DNA of 64,000 bases from the human T2T-CHM13v2.0 reference genome, Homo sapiens (GCF_009914755.1 NC_060925.1), one strand, 5' to 3'; positions 1 to 24,221 are shown, counted from the stretch's first letter. Numbers and translations are program-made. The notes: generated by a model not told the origin, from the sequence alone.

Positions 1-126
1 TATTAATAACCATTCTGAGATTTGTCTAAATCCCCTTGTTGTATTTTATAATGCTTCCCTATTCAAATCTGTTCACTAAATACGTACTAAGGAAAGGGAA
101 GGCTTTCCCATTTATTGTGGTCCTCC

Positions 127-679
127 TACCGGATAGAAAGTCTTGACTACCAATTGTCCAGGTTCTTGGCACATTGAACAAAGAATGGAACAAAATGCAC
201 AAACAAAGCAGCAAAAGAATGAAGCAATGAAAGCACAGATTTATTGAAGTGAAAGTACACTCCACAGAGTTGGAGACCACTGGAGCAAGAGCCCTGATTG
301 TAATGTTCCTTGGGATTTTTATTGAATTAAAAGAGCATGGTAACACCCCTAAGTACCCTTTAGAGACCTCTGATTTGTATAGGTTATATCCTACACAAAT
401 GAAGACTTCTGCCCAGGACCAGTCAGAGGGAGGATTCTGCCCAGGACCAATCAGAGGCATCCTGCCTGTGATGCATATGCAAATGAAGGTTTCAGAATAG
501 ACCAATTACAGACATTCCTGTTCAGGATGTAGGGGAGGAGAGGTTCAGAAAGTGGGGGACATTTGGTCCCTCATTACTTTGTTGTGGAAAGGTGGGGTTT
601 TCCTCTTAGTCCACTTCCAAGAAGGCAACCATGGGTTGGCCTTAGGCTTCCTGTCTCCAGACCCTATTCTCCCACCTCA
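127..679 (-). mobile_element. ERV1 solo LTR, MER51-like
   Basis: Ends in ...ctccagaccctattctcccacctca, the reverse complement of a MER51-type start (TGAGG..GAGAATAGGGTCTGGAG); CCAAT repeats; minus-strand AATAAA near 240. Confidence 0.7.
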
Positions 680-759
680 GTCCTACAATGTCCCTGGAAC
701 TAGGCTAGACATCAACAGATATGATCTTACTGAATCTTCCCAGGAACTTACAAGATGGG

Positions 760-830
760 TGTCGTTGTTCCTACTTTACAGATGAGGAAACAGAAGTTAG
801 GAGAACAGCTAACTTGCCCAGCTCACCCAA
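760..830 (-). mobile_element. MIR fragment
   Basis: Core tttacagatgaggaaac. Confidence 0.55.
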
Positions 831-1072
831 GGAGGCACTGTGCTAAGTATGCAGCAAGGGAAACAGGTTACCTGTTTCCTGTAAAAATCACCCTGGGAAT
901 TTTTACAATCTAGTGAAAACACAGACACACAAATGACTAAATAGAGAACAAAGAAAATAAGTAGAAAGGTAAAGGGACAAATAAAATGCCCAGAGAGCCT
1001 ACAGAAAGGGACATTTTATCCTGACTTGGTGAGGGACAGGTGTTTGTGCTGAATCCTAAAGGACAAGTAGGA

Positions 1073-1341
1073 TTTTTTTTGTTTTGTTTTTTGAGACAGA
1101 GTTTTGTTCTGTCACCCAGGCTGGTGTGCAGTGGCGCCATCTCAGCTCACTGCAACCTTCGCCTCCTGAGACCAAGCGATTCAGGCACCCACCATCACGC
1201 CTTGCTAATTTTTGTATTTTTAGTAGAGATGGGGTTTCACCATGTTGGCCAGGCTGATCTTGAACTCCTGACCTCAGGTGATCCGCCTGTCTTGGCCTCC
1301 CAAAGTGCTGAAATTATAGGTGTGAGCCACTGCGCCTGGCC
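1073..1341 (-). mobile_element. Alu (AluS-like) with internal deletion
   Basis: Alu consensus; TSD acaagtaggatttt. Confidence 0.9.
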
Positions 1342-1789
1342 CAACAAGTAGGATTTTAACAGAATGAAAAGGGGTTCCCAGAATGTGGCTTGAGCAAAAT
1401 CATAGAAGTGTGAAAGTGTATTTTGTGTGCGGAGTACAACAAATGTCATTGTGGTTAGAACACAGAGAAGGCAGAACAAAAAGGGGTAATACCGCCAGAT
1501 CATGAATGGTCTTGAAGGCCATGTTGTGGAGTGTAGACTTGTTTCTGAATGCAGGAAATATATAAGCAGAAATGAGGACAAAAATATTATGTCAATGCCT
1601 GGTTTAGAGCAATGATTCTCAAGGATTCCTGATTCTGGAGAATCCTTGAGACCTTTTCAGAGGGTTTATGAGGTCAAAACTATTCTTACAGTAATGATGA
1701 TAATAGTTATACTACCTTATTTGCCTTTAAAAATTGTGATAAAAATAACAAAATGTACCATCTTTGTACATTGAAAAATTTTAAATTTT

Positions 1790-2121
1790 ATTTATTTATT
1801 TTTTTAGAGATGGGGTCTTGCTATGTTTACTAAGCTAGGGTACAGGCATGATCATAGTGCACTACAGCTCCAAACTTCTGGCCTCAAGTGATCTTCCTGC
1901 CTCAGCCTCCCGCGTAGCTGGGACTACAGACAGTATTTGTTGCCAATAATAAATCCAAGCTTTCACATAAAATTAGAAGTTTGGAAAAGTTGTATTTGCC
2001 ATCATGAGGTTGACAGCTTTGTGATACTGAAGGTTTTTATTATATTAATAAGGTTGATTGTGATATTAATGAATAACACTTTTAAACATCTATAATGATA
2101 TATGCACCACTGCATCCAGCC
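1790..2121 (-). mobile_element. Alu monomer (FAM/FRAM-like) split by a ~170-bp insertion
   Basis: Monomer sequence at 1806-1931 resumes at 2101-2121; TSD tttgtacatt. Confidence 0.7.
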
Positions 2122-2379
2122 TACGTTTGTACATTTTTAAGTGTATAATTCAGTAGTGTCAAGTAGATTCACATTATTGCACAACAGATCTCTAGAACTT
2201 TTTTCATCTTCCAAAACTGAAAATCTATACCCATTAAACAACTCTTCATTTTCCCCCTCTGCAAGCCTCTGGCAGCCACAATCCTACTTTATCTTTCTGG
2301 GTATTTTACTACTTTGGACACCTTTTAAAAGGAGCCTTTCTGAACCTATTCTGGTTTGGGGCTTCCTTGCTACATTTGT

Positions 2380-2660
<281 letters not shown>

Positions 2661-2745
2661 AGACTTTTTTTATTATGCTTGGATATACAGCATATACAGA
2701 TATATAGTTTATTTGAGATTGATAAACTTTTTTAAAAAAATCTCA

Positions 2746-3228
<483 letters not shown>

Positions 3229-3564
3229 TTATCTGTGATGAACATTTGGATTGCTTCCACTTCTTGGCTATTGTAAATAATGCTGCTATGAACATGGGTA
3301 TGCGTATATCTCTTTAAGATCCTGCTTTCAATTTCTTTGAGTATATACTCAGCAGTGGGATTGCTGGATCATACAGTATTTTCGTTTTTAATTTTTGGAG
3401 GAACCACCATACTGTTTTCCATAGCAGGTACACCATTTTCTATTCTGTTATTAGCCTTTTTAACTGGGCTGACATTTGCATTGATGCTGCAAATCAATGG
3501 CAGGTTTATCTGCTGGACCTTACTTAACACAGTGGTGCCAGGCTGACCTTGTACTCATTGCACT

Positions 3565-3857
<293 letters not shown>

Positions 3858-3970
3858 CTCATTACACTCTTTACCGACACCTTTACTGACACAGTAAAAC
3901 AAATGTTCTTGGTGAAGCAGTAAAAATTATTAATTTTAATTTTATCAAATCACAACCCTCAAGGCATGTC

Positions 3971-4360
<390 letters not shown>

Positions 4361-4384
4361 TAGTTCTAGGAACAGAATAGCTCC

Positions 4385-4714
<330 letters not shown>

Positions 4715-5208
4715 TAAAATGCCATTTTTGCTTGGAAGAATGACTGACAGATAAACTATGGTTATACAGACGGGTATTTGGCATTTTTCTCAAAAGTGAG
4801 TGAAGTGAGACCATTAATTCATGGAAAACAACCGATAGTATTCACTGCCAATAATAAATCCAAGCTTTCACATAAAATGAGAATTTTGGAAAAGTTGTAT
4901 TTGCCATCTTGAGCTTGACAACTTTGCAATACTGAAGGTTTTTATTATAAGATTGGTTGTGATATTATGAATGGGATTTTTTAATGTTTATAATGATATT
5001 AATGAATGAGATCTTTTATTTGAAAGATTGGCATAACTTCGTGAATCAATATTTTCCAAATGCATGGTGTTACAAAATTATTCATAGGTAGAACAGTCAC
5101 TCGTTACAAGACAGACTGAGGGATTTTGATGTAACAGAATACCAAAAATTCATTGGTGTGGTTTCAGATTCCACATTGAAACTACCCTTTAAGAAACTAC
5201 AATTTGTT

Positions 5209-5847
<639 letters not shown>

Positions 5848-6057
5848 TTATGGTATAATACCAAAGAAAAATATTCACAATTATTTTAAAAAAGACTTTT
5901 AAAATACTCTTCCCTTTTCCAATAACATATCTGCATGAGACCAGATTTTCTTCATATGCTTCAACCAAAACAGCATATCTCAGTAGACTGAAAGCAGAAG
6001 ATATGAGAATCCAGCTCTTTTCTATTAAGCAAGACATGAAAGAACTTCACAAAACAT

Positions 6058-6343
6058 GGCTGGGCACGGTGGCTCACGCCAGTAATCCCAGCGCTTTGGG
6101 AGGCCAAGGCAGGCAGATCACCTGAGGTCAGGAGTTTGAGACCAGCCTGGCCAACATGGCAAAACCTCATCTCTACTGAAAATACAAAAATTAGCTGGGC
6201 TTGGTAGTGGCTGCCTGTAATCCCAGCTACTCAGGAGGCTGAGGCAGGAGAATTGCTTGAACCTGAGGCAGGAGAATCAGCCACTGCACTCCGACCTGGT
6301 GACAGAGTCAGACTCCATCTCAAAAAAAAAAACAACAAAAAAA
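6058..6343 (+). mobile_element. Alu
   Basis: Alu consensus, rearranged right arm. Confidence 0.88.
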
Positions 6344-6722
6344 GTAAAACATGCCATTTTTTTCACTAATTGTTATTTTAGAAAATATAATTATTTTTCA
6401 TGTAGTATGTTAGTTATATAAACATACAATGGGTTTATTGCTATAATTTTAACTGAAGTAATAAACATTTTTAAACTTTCTCAGTTTTAATTTCAAATAT
6501 GGTAAATATGCATAAACAAAAGTGCTACAGTTTTTTGTTTTTTAATTTTTAATTTTTGTGGGTACATAGTAGGTGTATATATTTATGGGGTATATGGGAG
6601 ATATTTTGATACAGACATACAATGTGTAATAATCACATCAAGGTAAATGAGGTATCCATTAATCTCAGCCTTTATCCTTTGTTTTACAAACAATACAATT
6701 ATATGTATATGTAGATAGATAG

Positions 6723-7025
<303 letters not shown>

Positions 7026-7253
7026 TACAGTTATATTCTTTAAGTTATTTTTAAATGTACAATTAAATTATTATTGACTAGTCGCTCTATTGTGCTATTG
7101 AATACTGGATCTTATTCATTCTTTCTATTTCTTTGTACTCATTAGTCATCTCCCTCCCCATCCTCACCCCACGATTACCCTTTCCAGCCTCTAGTAAGCA
7201 TCATTCTATTCTCTATCTCCATGTGTCCAGTTGTTTATTTATTTATACGTTTA

Positions 7254-7450
7254 TTTTGAGACAGAGTCTTGCTCTGTCGCCCAGGCTGGAGTACACTGGC
7301 GGGATCTCTGCTCACTGCAACCTCCACCTCTGGGGTTCAAGTGATTCTCTTTCCAGGAGGCAGAGGTTGCAGTGAGCCGAGACCAGGCCATTGCACTCCA
7401 GCCTGGACGACAGAGCAAGACTCCATCTCAAAAAAAAAAGCAAAAGAAAA
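7254..7450. mobile_element. Two head-to-head Alu right-arm fragments
   Basis: Minus fragment ~7254-7350 directly joined to plus fragment 7353-7450. Confidence 0.85.
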
Positions 7451-7664
7451 GAAATGCTACTGATTTTTTGTATGTTGATTTTGTATCCTGAAACTTTACT
7501 GAATTTGTTTATCAGTTCTAACAGTTTTTTTGGTGTAGTGTTTGGGATCTTCCAAATATCAGATCATAACATCTGCAAACAAGGATAATTTAACTTCTTC
7601 CTTTCCAATTTGTATGTCCTTTATTTCTTATTTCTTTCTCTTGTTTGATTGTAAAGCTCTACAG

Positions 7665-8045
<381 letters not shown>

Positions 8046-8508
8046 TGATTTAGAGACCAGGTGCCACATACTGAGAACCGTTTGGTTTTTTGAAAAAAAT
8101 AATTATAAAGGTGGTGTACAGAAAGGCTGAAAGGTAAAAAAACAAACAAACAAACAAACAAAACTGGAGGCAGGGAGACCAGTGAGGAAGCCATTGAAAT
8201 AATTCTAACGAACATTCTACAATTTCAATGTAAAGTAGAGGCAAAAGGTTTCAACTTGGTAGAAACTTTAAGAATACTCAAAACTACAAGAAGAACCATT
8301 TTTCACCTAATTGATGATTGGCAATACTCAAGAAGTCTGGTAATAAATTTTGTCAGTGAAGGTGCAGAGAAACAGTCACTTTCATGCATAGCTGGTATAG
8401 TTATATACCTTTACAAAACATTAGTATCTATAGTAGTTAAAATGTACATGTATGTTGAATCAGAAATTCCATTTTTAGAAATTTATAATACAAATTGTTC
8501 AGAATTAC

Positions 8509-8510
<2 letters not shown>

Positions 8511-8554
<44 letters not shown>
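8511..8554. repeat. (TA)n microsatellite
   Basis: Pure TA run. Confidence 0.95.
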
Positions 8555-8558
<4 letters not shown>

Positions 8559-8715
8559 TGTCGGTTGCAAAAAATGGAGGCATTCTAAAGGTCCATAGAG
8601 GATGTTTAAATAAATAATGATAATGCATAAGTGATATAATAGGAAGCCCCTGAAAAGAATGAATCAGTTTTATGGGTACTAATATAGAATTATCTTCAAA
8701 AGATATTGTTACTGG

Positions 8716-9070
<355 letters not shown>

Positions 9071-9091
9071 CTATGAAAAATTGTGTGTGTG

Positions 9092-9470
<379 letters not shown>

Positions 9471-10028
9471 GATGTGTAGCTTCTGGTAAGATACACAAGC
9501 AACTCTTAACAGTGGCTGCCTGTGGAGGGGAGAACTAGATTCCTGGGAGACAGTAATGGGAGACTTACCTTTCACTGTATAACCTTTTGTATCCTTAAAA
9601 ATTTCACATCACGTGTATGTATTATTATTGAATGTTTTAACTTAAATAATTAAGACACAAATAGTTCCAATGACCATTGATGAGGCTCTTAGCCATGGCA
9701 GATGCAGTGAAAGAACTGCTGGAAACAGGTATGAAAGACATTGCAAGGCAGAATTACTTGGTCTTGATAATGAATTTGATTTTGAAGGTGTGGGTGGTGA
9801 CAGGGTTCAAAGAAAAGAAAAAGAGAACTTAATCATGATTTAATTTTCCAGATAGAGTGGCTTAAGATGCCATAACCATGAAAGAAAAACAAAGACAGAA
9901 GCAGGTTTATTTGTGGTGCTGGGAGGGGGAAAAGAGATTATGAGTTTCAGACCCAAATTCTCCTACCATTTATGGAGGCTGCATCTATAATTTAGGAAAT
10001 GCTGCTAAACATATTTTCACAAACATAG

Positions 10029-10350
<322 letters not shown>

Positions 10351-10524
10351 TGTCTCTTTAATTCATACAAAAAGAAATAAACGAACGAACAAACAAGCAA
10401 ACAAAACAGTCTTATGAGGTAGGAATTACTATCCCCATTTTACAGATGACAAAATAGCCTCATAGATGTTAAGAAACTTGTACAAGGTTGATAAGCTATG
10501 TAAGTGGCAGAGGCTGGACTTTAA

Positions 10525-10801
<277 letters not shown>

Positions 10802-11091
10802 ACTGATTTTAGACTGGCAGAAGTGGAGGCTGTGGAAACAGGATTTGGAGTGGAACAGACTTGGGTTCAATTCCCAACTCTGTTCATTTCCAGCTTTATG
10901 ACCTTAGCAAGTTACTTCGCCTTTCTAAATCTCAATTTCATCCTCAGTATTTAGTAATAAGGTTTGAATTAAATCATGTATCTAAAGCTTGGGCAGATAC
11001 ACGATTGCTTAGTAAACAGCCGCTAAATGGTTGTATTGATTGGACATGGGACATGTCAGATCAGTAAATTTACATTAAGAACTTTGGATCT

Positions 11092-11411
11092 GGGCCGGGC
11101 ACAGTGGCTCACACCTGTAATCCCAAAAATTTGAGAGGCTGACTCGTGGATCACTTGGGGGTGGGAGTTCAAGACCAGCCTGGCCAACGTGGCAAAACCT
11201 TGCCTCTACTAAAAATACAAAAAAATTAGCGGGCATAGTGACGCATGCCTGTAATCCCAGCTATTTGGGAGACTAAGGCATGAGAATCGCTGAACCTGGG
11301 AGGCAGAGGTTGCAGTGAACAGAGATCGCACCACTGCATTCCAGTCTGGGCAACAGAAGGAGACTCTGTCTCAAAAATAAATAAAAAAAAACAAAACAAA
11401 ACAAAACAAAA
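11092..11411 (+). mobile_element. AluS
   Basis: Full dimer. Confidence 0.9.
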
Positions 11412-11426
11412 ACTTCAGATCTGTAA

Positions 11427-11746
<320 letters not shown>

Positions 11747-12387
11747 CATGGTATATAGACTTAACTCACATAATGACCATTCAGCTTATGACTTTTTGCC
11801 ATAATGGCTCTTGAAAAATTATTTCACCTTTCAGTCAGTAATTGATTTTTCCCCTAGTGTTATTACTTTTTCACTTAAAAATGCACTAAATATATGCTAT
11901 AAGAAGTAATATTTCTTTTTCTTTTTTCTTTTTTTTGTAGCGTCAGGGGTCTTGGTTTGTTGCCCAGACTGGCTTCAAGGAATCCTCCCATGTCTACCTC
12001 CCAAAATGCTGAGATTATTGGCATCAGCCTCTGTGCCCAGCCAGAAGTGATATTTCAGTACAGGCAAAGATACATTCACTACTTGGTGCTGCAGATTTTA
12101 GTCAGAGAATATCATATGAACAAGTTTAAATTGTGCTTTATGTTTGGATAAACACAAAATGTTTTGTTTTGCTTATATATGCCAAGTGAGAGAAATGAGG
12201 AGATACTATCTTCTATGACTCTTCAGTCAATTTTACATGCATGTCATTTCCATTTCTTAAGACACTTTTGTATTTAGACTTTATTTTGCTCTTGAGGAGT
12301 TTTTCTGTGTAATAAATTTATTTTTAAGTGCAGTTTAAGGGCAAGACAACCATGAGCCCTTAAAAGATTTAAAAATTAGTGAAAATG

Positions 12388-12747
<360 letters not shown>

Positions 12748-12955
12748 TCACATTTCTTCACCCGCTACTTTCCATAATCAAGTCTTCCTATGGTCAGTTT
12801 AATAGAGCTAATTGAATTACATGTTATGCACAGATGATACTAACCTTCAAATAGCTGCTTATTTGAAGGTTAACATGATATCTTATATGGCACACTGTAT
12901 ATTATATAAATTTATCTTCAGTGCTCAACAAATATATTTCTTTTCTCTCTCTTTC

Positions 12956-13266
<311 letters not shown>

Positions 13267-13299
13267 TAAAAATTGATTATGTATTTTGGTTTGGGACAT

Positions 13300-13984
<685 letters not shown>

Positions 13985-13987
13985 TGT

Positions 13988-14720
<733 letters not shown>

Positions 14721-14729
14721 GAGAAGAGA

Positions 14730-15225
14730 AATGAAAATGTATTCCTACAAAGACTTCTGCAAAAATGTTCATAGTCACTTTATTCATAATAGCCAACAAC
14801 TGGAAACAACCTAAATATCCATCAGTTCGATAAAGAATAAACAAATTGTGGGAGAGTCGCAAAATAGTATATTATTCAGCAATCAAAAAATGAATTACTA
14901 ATCCAAGCAACAATGTGGATGAATATCAAACACATTTTGCTGAGCCAAAGGAGTCAGACAGAAAATAGTACATCCTGAATGATTCTTTTTGTCTGAAGTT
15001 GAAGAATGGGTAAAACTCATCTATGGTGATAGAAATCAGGATGATGGTTGTCAATAGGGGATGGAGATCGAGTGGAACAGGATATGAGGGTGCTCTCTTG
15101 GTTCATGGAAATATCTTTTATCTTAATTGAGTTGGTGGTGACACTGGTGTATTGATTTATCAAAAATCTTTAAATTGTACTCTTTAGATCTATGCATTCC
15201 ACTGTATCTAAATTATACTTAAAAA
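14730..15225 (+). mobile_element. L1M 3' fragment
   Basis: Typical L1M 3' end motifs (ctggaaacaacctaaatatccatc). Confidence 0.7.
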
Positions 15226-15417
15226 AAAAAACTCTAATACAGTACAAAGAACAAAGAACATTGGTGTTAAAACACTCATGTTAAAAGCCTTAGATTTTGA
15301 TATTTCTAGTTACTAGCTGTGTAAAGTCATGTACACAGGCCTTAAATTTTTCATCTATAAAATGGGAAAGTTATTTACCTCACTGGGTCTTTTTTTTACT
15401 GTGACAAAATATATTTA

Positions 15418-15798
<381 letters not shown>

Positions 15799-16044
15799 TT
15801 ACATTGTTGTGCAACCATCATCACCATCCATTTCCAGAACTTTTTACTCTTTCCAACTGAAACTTTGTACCCATTAAATATTAAATCTTCATCCCTAGCC
15901 CCTGGCAACCACCATTCTACTTCCTGTCTCTATGAAATTAACTAAACTAGGAACCTCATATAAATGGAATTCTAAAATATTTGTCATTTTGTGACTGGTT
16001 TATTTCACTTAACTTACTATCTTCAAGGTTCATTCATGTTGTAA

Positions 16045-16375
<331 letters not shown>

Positions 16376-16703
16376 AAAATTTCCTTTTTATTTTTAAGGC
16401 TGAATATTCCGCTGTATGTATATATCACATTTTGTCTATTCATCCACTGGTAGACACTTGGATTGCTTTCACCTTTTGGCTATTGTGAATAATGCTTCTG
16501 TGGACATGGGTGTACACATATCTGTTCAGGTCCCTGCTTTCATTTCTTTTGGATGTATACCCAGAAGTGGATATACTGCATTATACAGTAATTCTGTGTA
16601 TAATTTTTTTATGACTGTCCATACCATTTTCCGTAGTGGCTGTACCATTTTACATTCCCACCAACAATGCTCGAGGATTCCAATTTCTTCACATCCTTGC
16701 TAA

Positions 16704-17856
<1,153 letters not shown>

Positions 17857-18069
17857 CATTTGCTCATTTTTTAATTGTTCATTTTTTGTAGTTGAACAAC
17901 AACAAAGAAAGTTGTTACTATATTTTAATATATTCTTTATATATTTTGGATAGTAATTATTTACCAAAATATACAATTTACAAATATTTTCTCCTATCCT
18001 GTGGGCTGCCTTTTTTTTTTTCTGTTAATAACATTCTTTGATGCACAAAAGTTGTAATTAATTAATTAC

Positions 18070-18522
18070 GTTTTTCAGAGACAGGGCCTTGCTCTGTCGC
18101 CCAGGCTGGAGCGCAGTGATGCAATCTCTGCTCACCACAATCTCTGACTCCTGAGCTCAAGCAATCCTCCTACCTCAGCCTCCCCAGTAGCTGGGACTAC
18201 AGGCACATGTCATCACACCCAGCTAATTTTCGTATTTTTTGTAGAGATGAGGTTCCACCATGTTGCAAAGGCTGGTCTCAAACTCCTGAGCTCAAGTGAA
18301 ATACCTTCCTTGACCTCCCGAAGTGCTGGGATTATAGTGTGAACCACCATGCCTGCCTATTTAATTTTTTTTTTTTTTTTTTTTTTTTTTTTGTAGAGAT
18401 GGGTTGGGGGTCCGTCTCACTATGTTGCCCAGGCTGGTCTTAAACTCATGGCCTCAAGTGATCCTCCCACCTTGGCTTCTGAAAGTGCTGGGGTTACAGG
18501 CATCAGGCCACCATGCCTGGTC
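18070..18522 (-). mobile_element. AluJ-like dimer plus left-arm fragment
   Basis: Alu consensus. Confidence 0.8.
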
Positions 18523-18662
18523 AAAAGACTTAATTATGATGAAGTTCAACTTAACTATTTTTGATTTTGTTGTCTGTGCTTTGGTGTCATATCTACGAAA
18601 TCATTGGCAAACCAATGTTGTGAAGCTGTTGCCCTTATTTTTTCTTTTAAGAGTTTTATCGT

Positions 18663-19019
<357 letters not shown>

Positions 19020-19070
19020 TCATTTTGAGTTAATGTTTCTGTATAGTGTAAGATAAGGATCCAGCTTCAT

Positions 19071-19072
<2 letters not shown>

Positions 19073-19101
<29 letters not shown>

Positions 19102-19380
19102 GAGACGGAGTCTCGCTCTGTCGCCCAGGCTGGAGTACAGGGGCGCCATCTGGGCTCACTGCAACCTCTGCCTCCTGGGTTCAAGCAATTCTCCTGCCTA
19201 GCTGGGACTACGGGCGCGCGCCACCACACCCAGCTAATTTTTGTATTTTTAGTAGATACGGGGTTTCACCATGTTGACCAGGATGGTCTCCATCTCTTGA
19301 CCTCGTGATCCGCACGCCTCAGCCTCCCAAAGTGCCTCCGAAGTGCTGGAATTACAGGTGTGAGCCACTGTGCCCAGCCC
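19073..19380 (-). mobile_element. AluSc-like
   Basis: TSD ccagcttcattctttt. Confidence 0.88.
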
Positions 19381-19849
19381 AGCTTCATTCTTTTGCCCTG
19401 CGGATATCCAGATTTTCCAACAGCATTTGTTGAAAAGACTGTCCTTTCCCATATTGAATGATCTTGACGCTCTTGTTGAAAATCATTTAACCATATACGT
19501 AAGGGTTTATGCCTGACCTCTCTATTCCATTTCGTTGGTCTGCCTGTCTGTCTTTATGCCAATACCACACTCTTTTGATTACAATGGCTTGTAACAAGTT
19601 TTGAAATCAGAAAGTATGAAAACTCCAATTCTGCAGTTTTGTTCTTCTTTTGAAGATCGTTTTGGCTATTCAGGGTCTCTTGAAATTCCATATGAATTTC
19701 AGGATAATTTTTTTATTTCTATAAAACAGTCATTGGGGTTTTGATAGGGAGTGCACTGAATTTGTATATGACTTTGGGTAGTATTGTCATCTTAACAAAA
19801 TTAAATCTTTCAATCCATGAGTACAGGATGTTGTTTGTGTTTTCTTTAA

Positions 19850-20212
<363 letters not shown>

Positions 20213-20682
20213 GATACTATTTTAAGTGAAATTGTTTTCTTAATTTATTTTTTGGATTATTCATTTTTAGTGTATAGTAACAAAACTGATCTTTATGTGT
20301 TGATTTTGTATCCTTCAACTTTGCTGAATTCACTTATGAGTTTTAACTTTTTTTTGTGGAATCTTTAGGGTTCTGTATATCTGAGATCATGTCATCTGCA
20401 AACAAAGCTAATTTTACTTCTTTGTTTTCAATTTGGAAGTCTTTTATTTATTTTTCTTGCTCAATTGCTCTAGCTAGGACTTCCATTGCTACATGTAAGT
20501 GGTAAAAGCAGGCATCTTTGTTTTGTTCCTGATTTTAGACGAAAAGATTTTAGTCCTTCACCAGTGAGTATTATGTTGGCTGTGGGTTTTCATATATGCT
20601 CTTTATTGTATTGAGGTAATTTCCTTCTATTCCTGGCTTGTTGAGTGTTTTTATCACAAAAAAGTGTTAAATTTTATAAAAT

Positions 20683-20980
20683 GGGCCAGGCTCATTGGCT
20701 CATGCTTGTAATCCCAGCACTTCGGGAGGCCAAGGTGAGTGGATCACTTAAGCTCAAGAGTTTAAGACCAGCCTGGGCAACATGGTGAAACCCCACCTCT
20801 ACAAAAAATACAAAAATTAGCCAGCATGGTGGCACATGCCTGTAATCCCAGCCTCTTGGGAGGCTGATGTGGGAGATTGTTTTAGCCTGGGAGGCAGAGG
20901 TTGCAGTAAGGCAAGATCATGTCACTGCACTGCACTCCAGCCTGGGTGACAGAGTGAGACCCTGTCTCAAAAAAAAAAAA
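20683..20980 (+). mobile_element. Alu (J/old S)
   Basis: Full dimer. Confidence 0.88.
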
Positions 20981-21023
20981 TTATAAAATGATTCTTGATT
21001 TTCTTTTTTTTGTGTGTCGTTGA

Positions 21024-21278
<255 letters not shown>

Positions 21279-21644
21279 TGATTTATTTTCATATGTTGAG
21301 CTATTCTTGCATTCCAGGAATAAATCCCACTTGCTCATTATAATGCCTTATTTTAGGTATCAACTTTTGGCAAAAAAGGCATTGTGGCATGCACCTGTGA
21401 TTCTAGCTAATTGGGAGGCTGAGGCAGGAGGATTGCTTGAGTTCAAGAGTTTAAGGCTATAGTATGCTATGATTGTGACTATGAATAACTACTGGACTCT
21501 AGTCTGTGGAACATAGGGAGACCCTGTCTCAAAAAGAAAGAAAGAAAAAGGAAGGAAGGAAGGAAGGAAGGAAAAAGAAGAAAAAAGGAAAAGAAAGAAA
21601 GAGAAGAAAGAGAAAGAAAGAAAAGCAAGCAAGCAAGCAAGCGA

Positions 21645-22471
<827 letters not shown>

Positions 22472-23394
22472 GTCATGATGTATAATCCTTTTAATATGCT
22501 GCTGAATTTGGCTTGCCATTATTTTGTTGAGATGTTGGCATCAATATTCATAAGGGATATATAGCTGTGGTTTTCTTGTACCTCTGTCTAGTTTTGGTAT
22601 CAGAGTAACACTGGCTTATAGAATGAGTTAGGAAGTATACCCTTCTCTCCAATTTTTTAGAAGAGTTTGAGCAGGACTGGTGTTAATTCTTCTGTAAACA
22701 CTTGATGGAATTAATCTAAAGCAAGTAAGTAGTGATAAACAGAAAAAAAAAATGTTTGGTGGAATTCACCAGGGAAGGCATCTAACTGGTCCTGGGATTT
22801 CCTTTGTTGGGAGGTTTTTTATTATCGATTCTTTTTTTTTTTTTAACTAGTTATATGGCTGTTCAGATTTTCTATTTCTTCATGATTCATTCTTGGTAGG
22901 TTGTATATTTCTGGGAATTTGTCCATTTCCTCTAGGTTATGCAAGTTTTTGGCATATAATTGTTCATAATTCTCTCATAATTCTTTTTACTTTTGCAAAA
23001 TTGCTAGTAGTGCCCTGCTTTTATTATTGATTTTAGTTATTTGAGTCTTGTCCTTTTTTTTCTTAGTCAATTTAGCTAAAGGTTTGTCACTTTCATTGAT
23101 GTTTTTGAAGAAGTAACTCTTGGTTTTTTGATTCTCTCATTAGGTTAGTGTGAAGATTAAATAAGATAATGAGCTACAATTCCTAACAAAGAATGCAAAT
23201 GGTCATGGTCATAGTTTAAAGAGTTGTTCCTATTAAAATAGTTTTTTAAACTTTATTTTAAAAATTATTTATTTATTTACCAGGTTCATAGCTTCAACTA
23301 AAATAATTTAAAGAAATGAACAGAACAGTAAGATACTATTATTCTATCAAATTGTCATAGTTAGAAAAAGCCCCAGTTAGAAATTACCCTCTAA

Positions 23395-23771
<377 letters not shown>

Positions 23772-23926
23772 TTAAAAATTAATTGACCAATGGGGAGTTA
23801 TTGTTTACTGGGTAGAGAAGTTCTGTTTTGCAAGATGAAGAGAGTTATGAAGATGGGTGGTGACGGTTGCACAACAATGTGAATGTACTTAATGCCACTG
23901 AACTATATACTTAAAAATAGTTGAAC

Positions 23927-24221
23927 GGCCGGGCGCGGTGGCTCACGCCTGTAATCCTAGCACTTTGGGAGGCCGAGGCGGGTGGATCACGAGGTCAGGA
24001 GATGGAGACCATCCTGGCTAACACGGTGAAACCCCGTCTCTACTAAAAATACAAAAAATTAGCCGGGCGAGGAGGCGGGCGCCTGTAGTCCCAGCTATTC
24101 GGGAGGCTGAGGCAGGAGAATGGTGTTAACCCGCGAGGAGCGGAACCTGCAGTGAGCCGAGATCTCGCCACTGCACTCCAACCTGGGCGACAGCGAGACT
24201 GCGTCTCAAAAAAAAAAAAAA
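23927..24221 (+). mobile_element. AluY
   Basis: Y diagnostics; TSD agttgaa. Confidence 0.9.

Noticed and set aside
59-505. 148-aa ORF
   Set aside because: Lies in an LTR; no recognisable domain.
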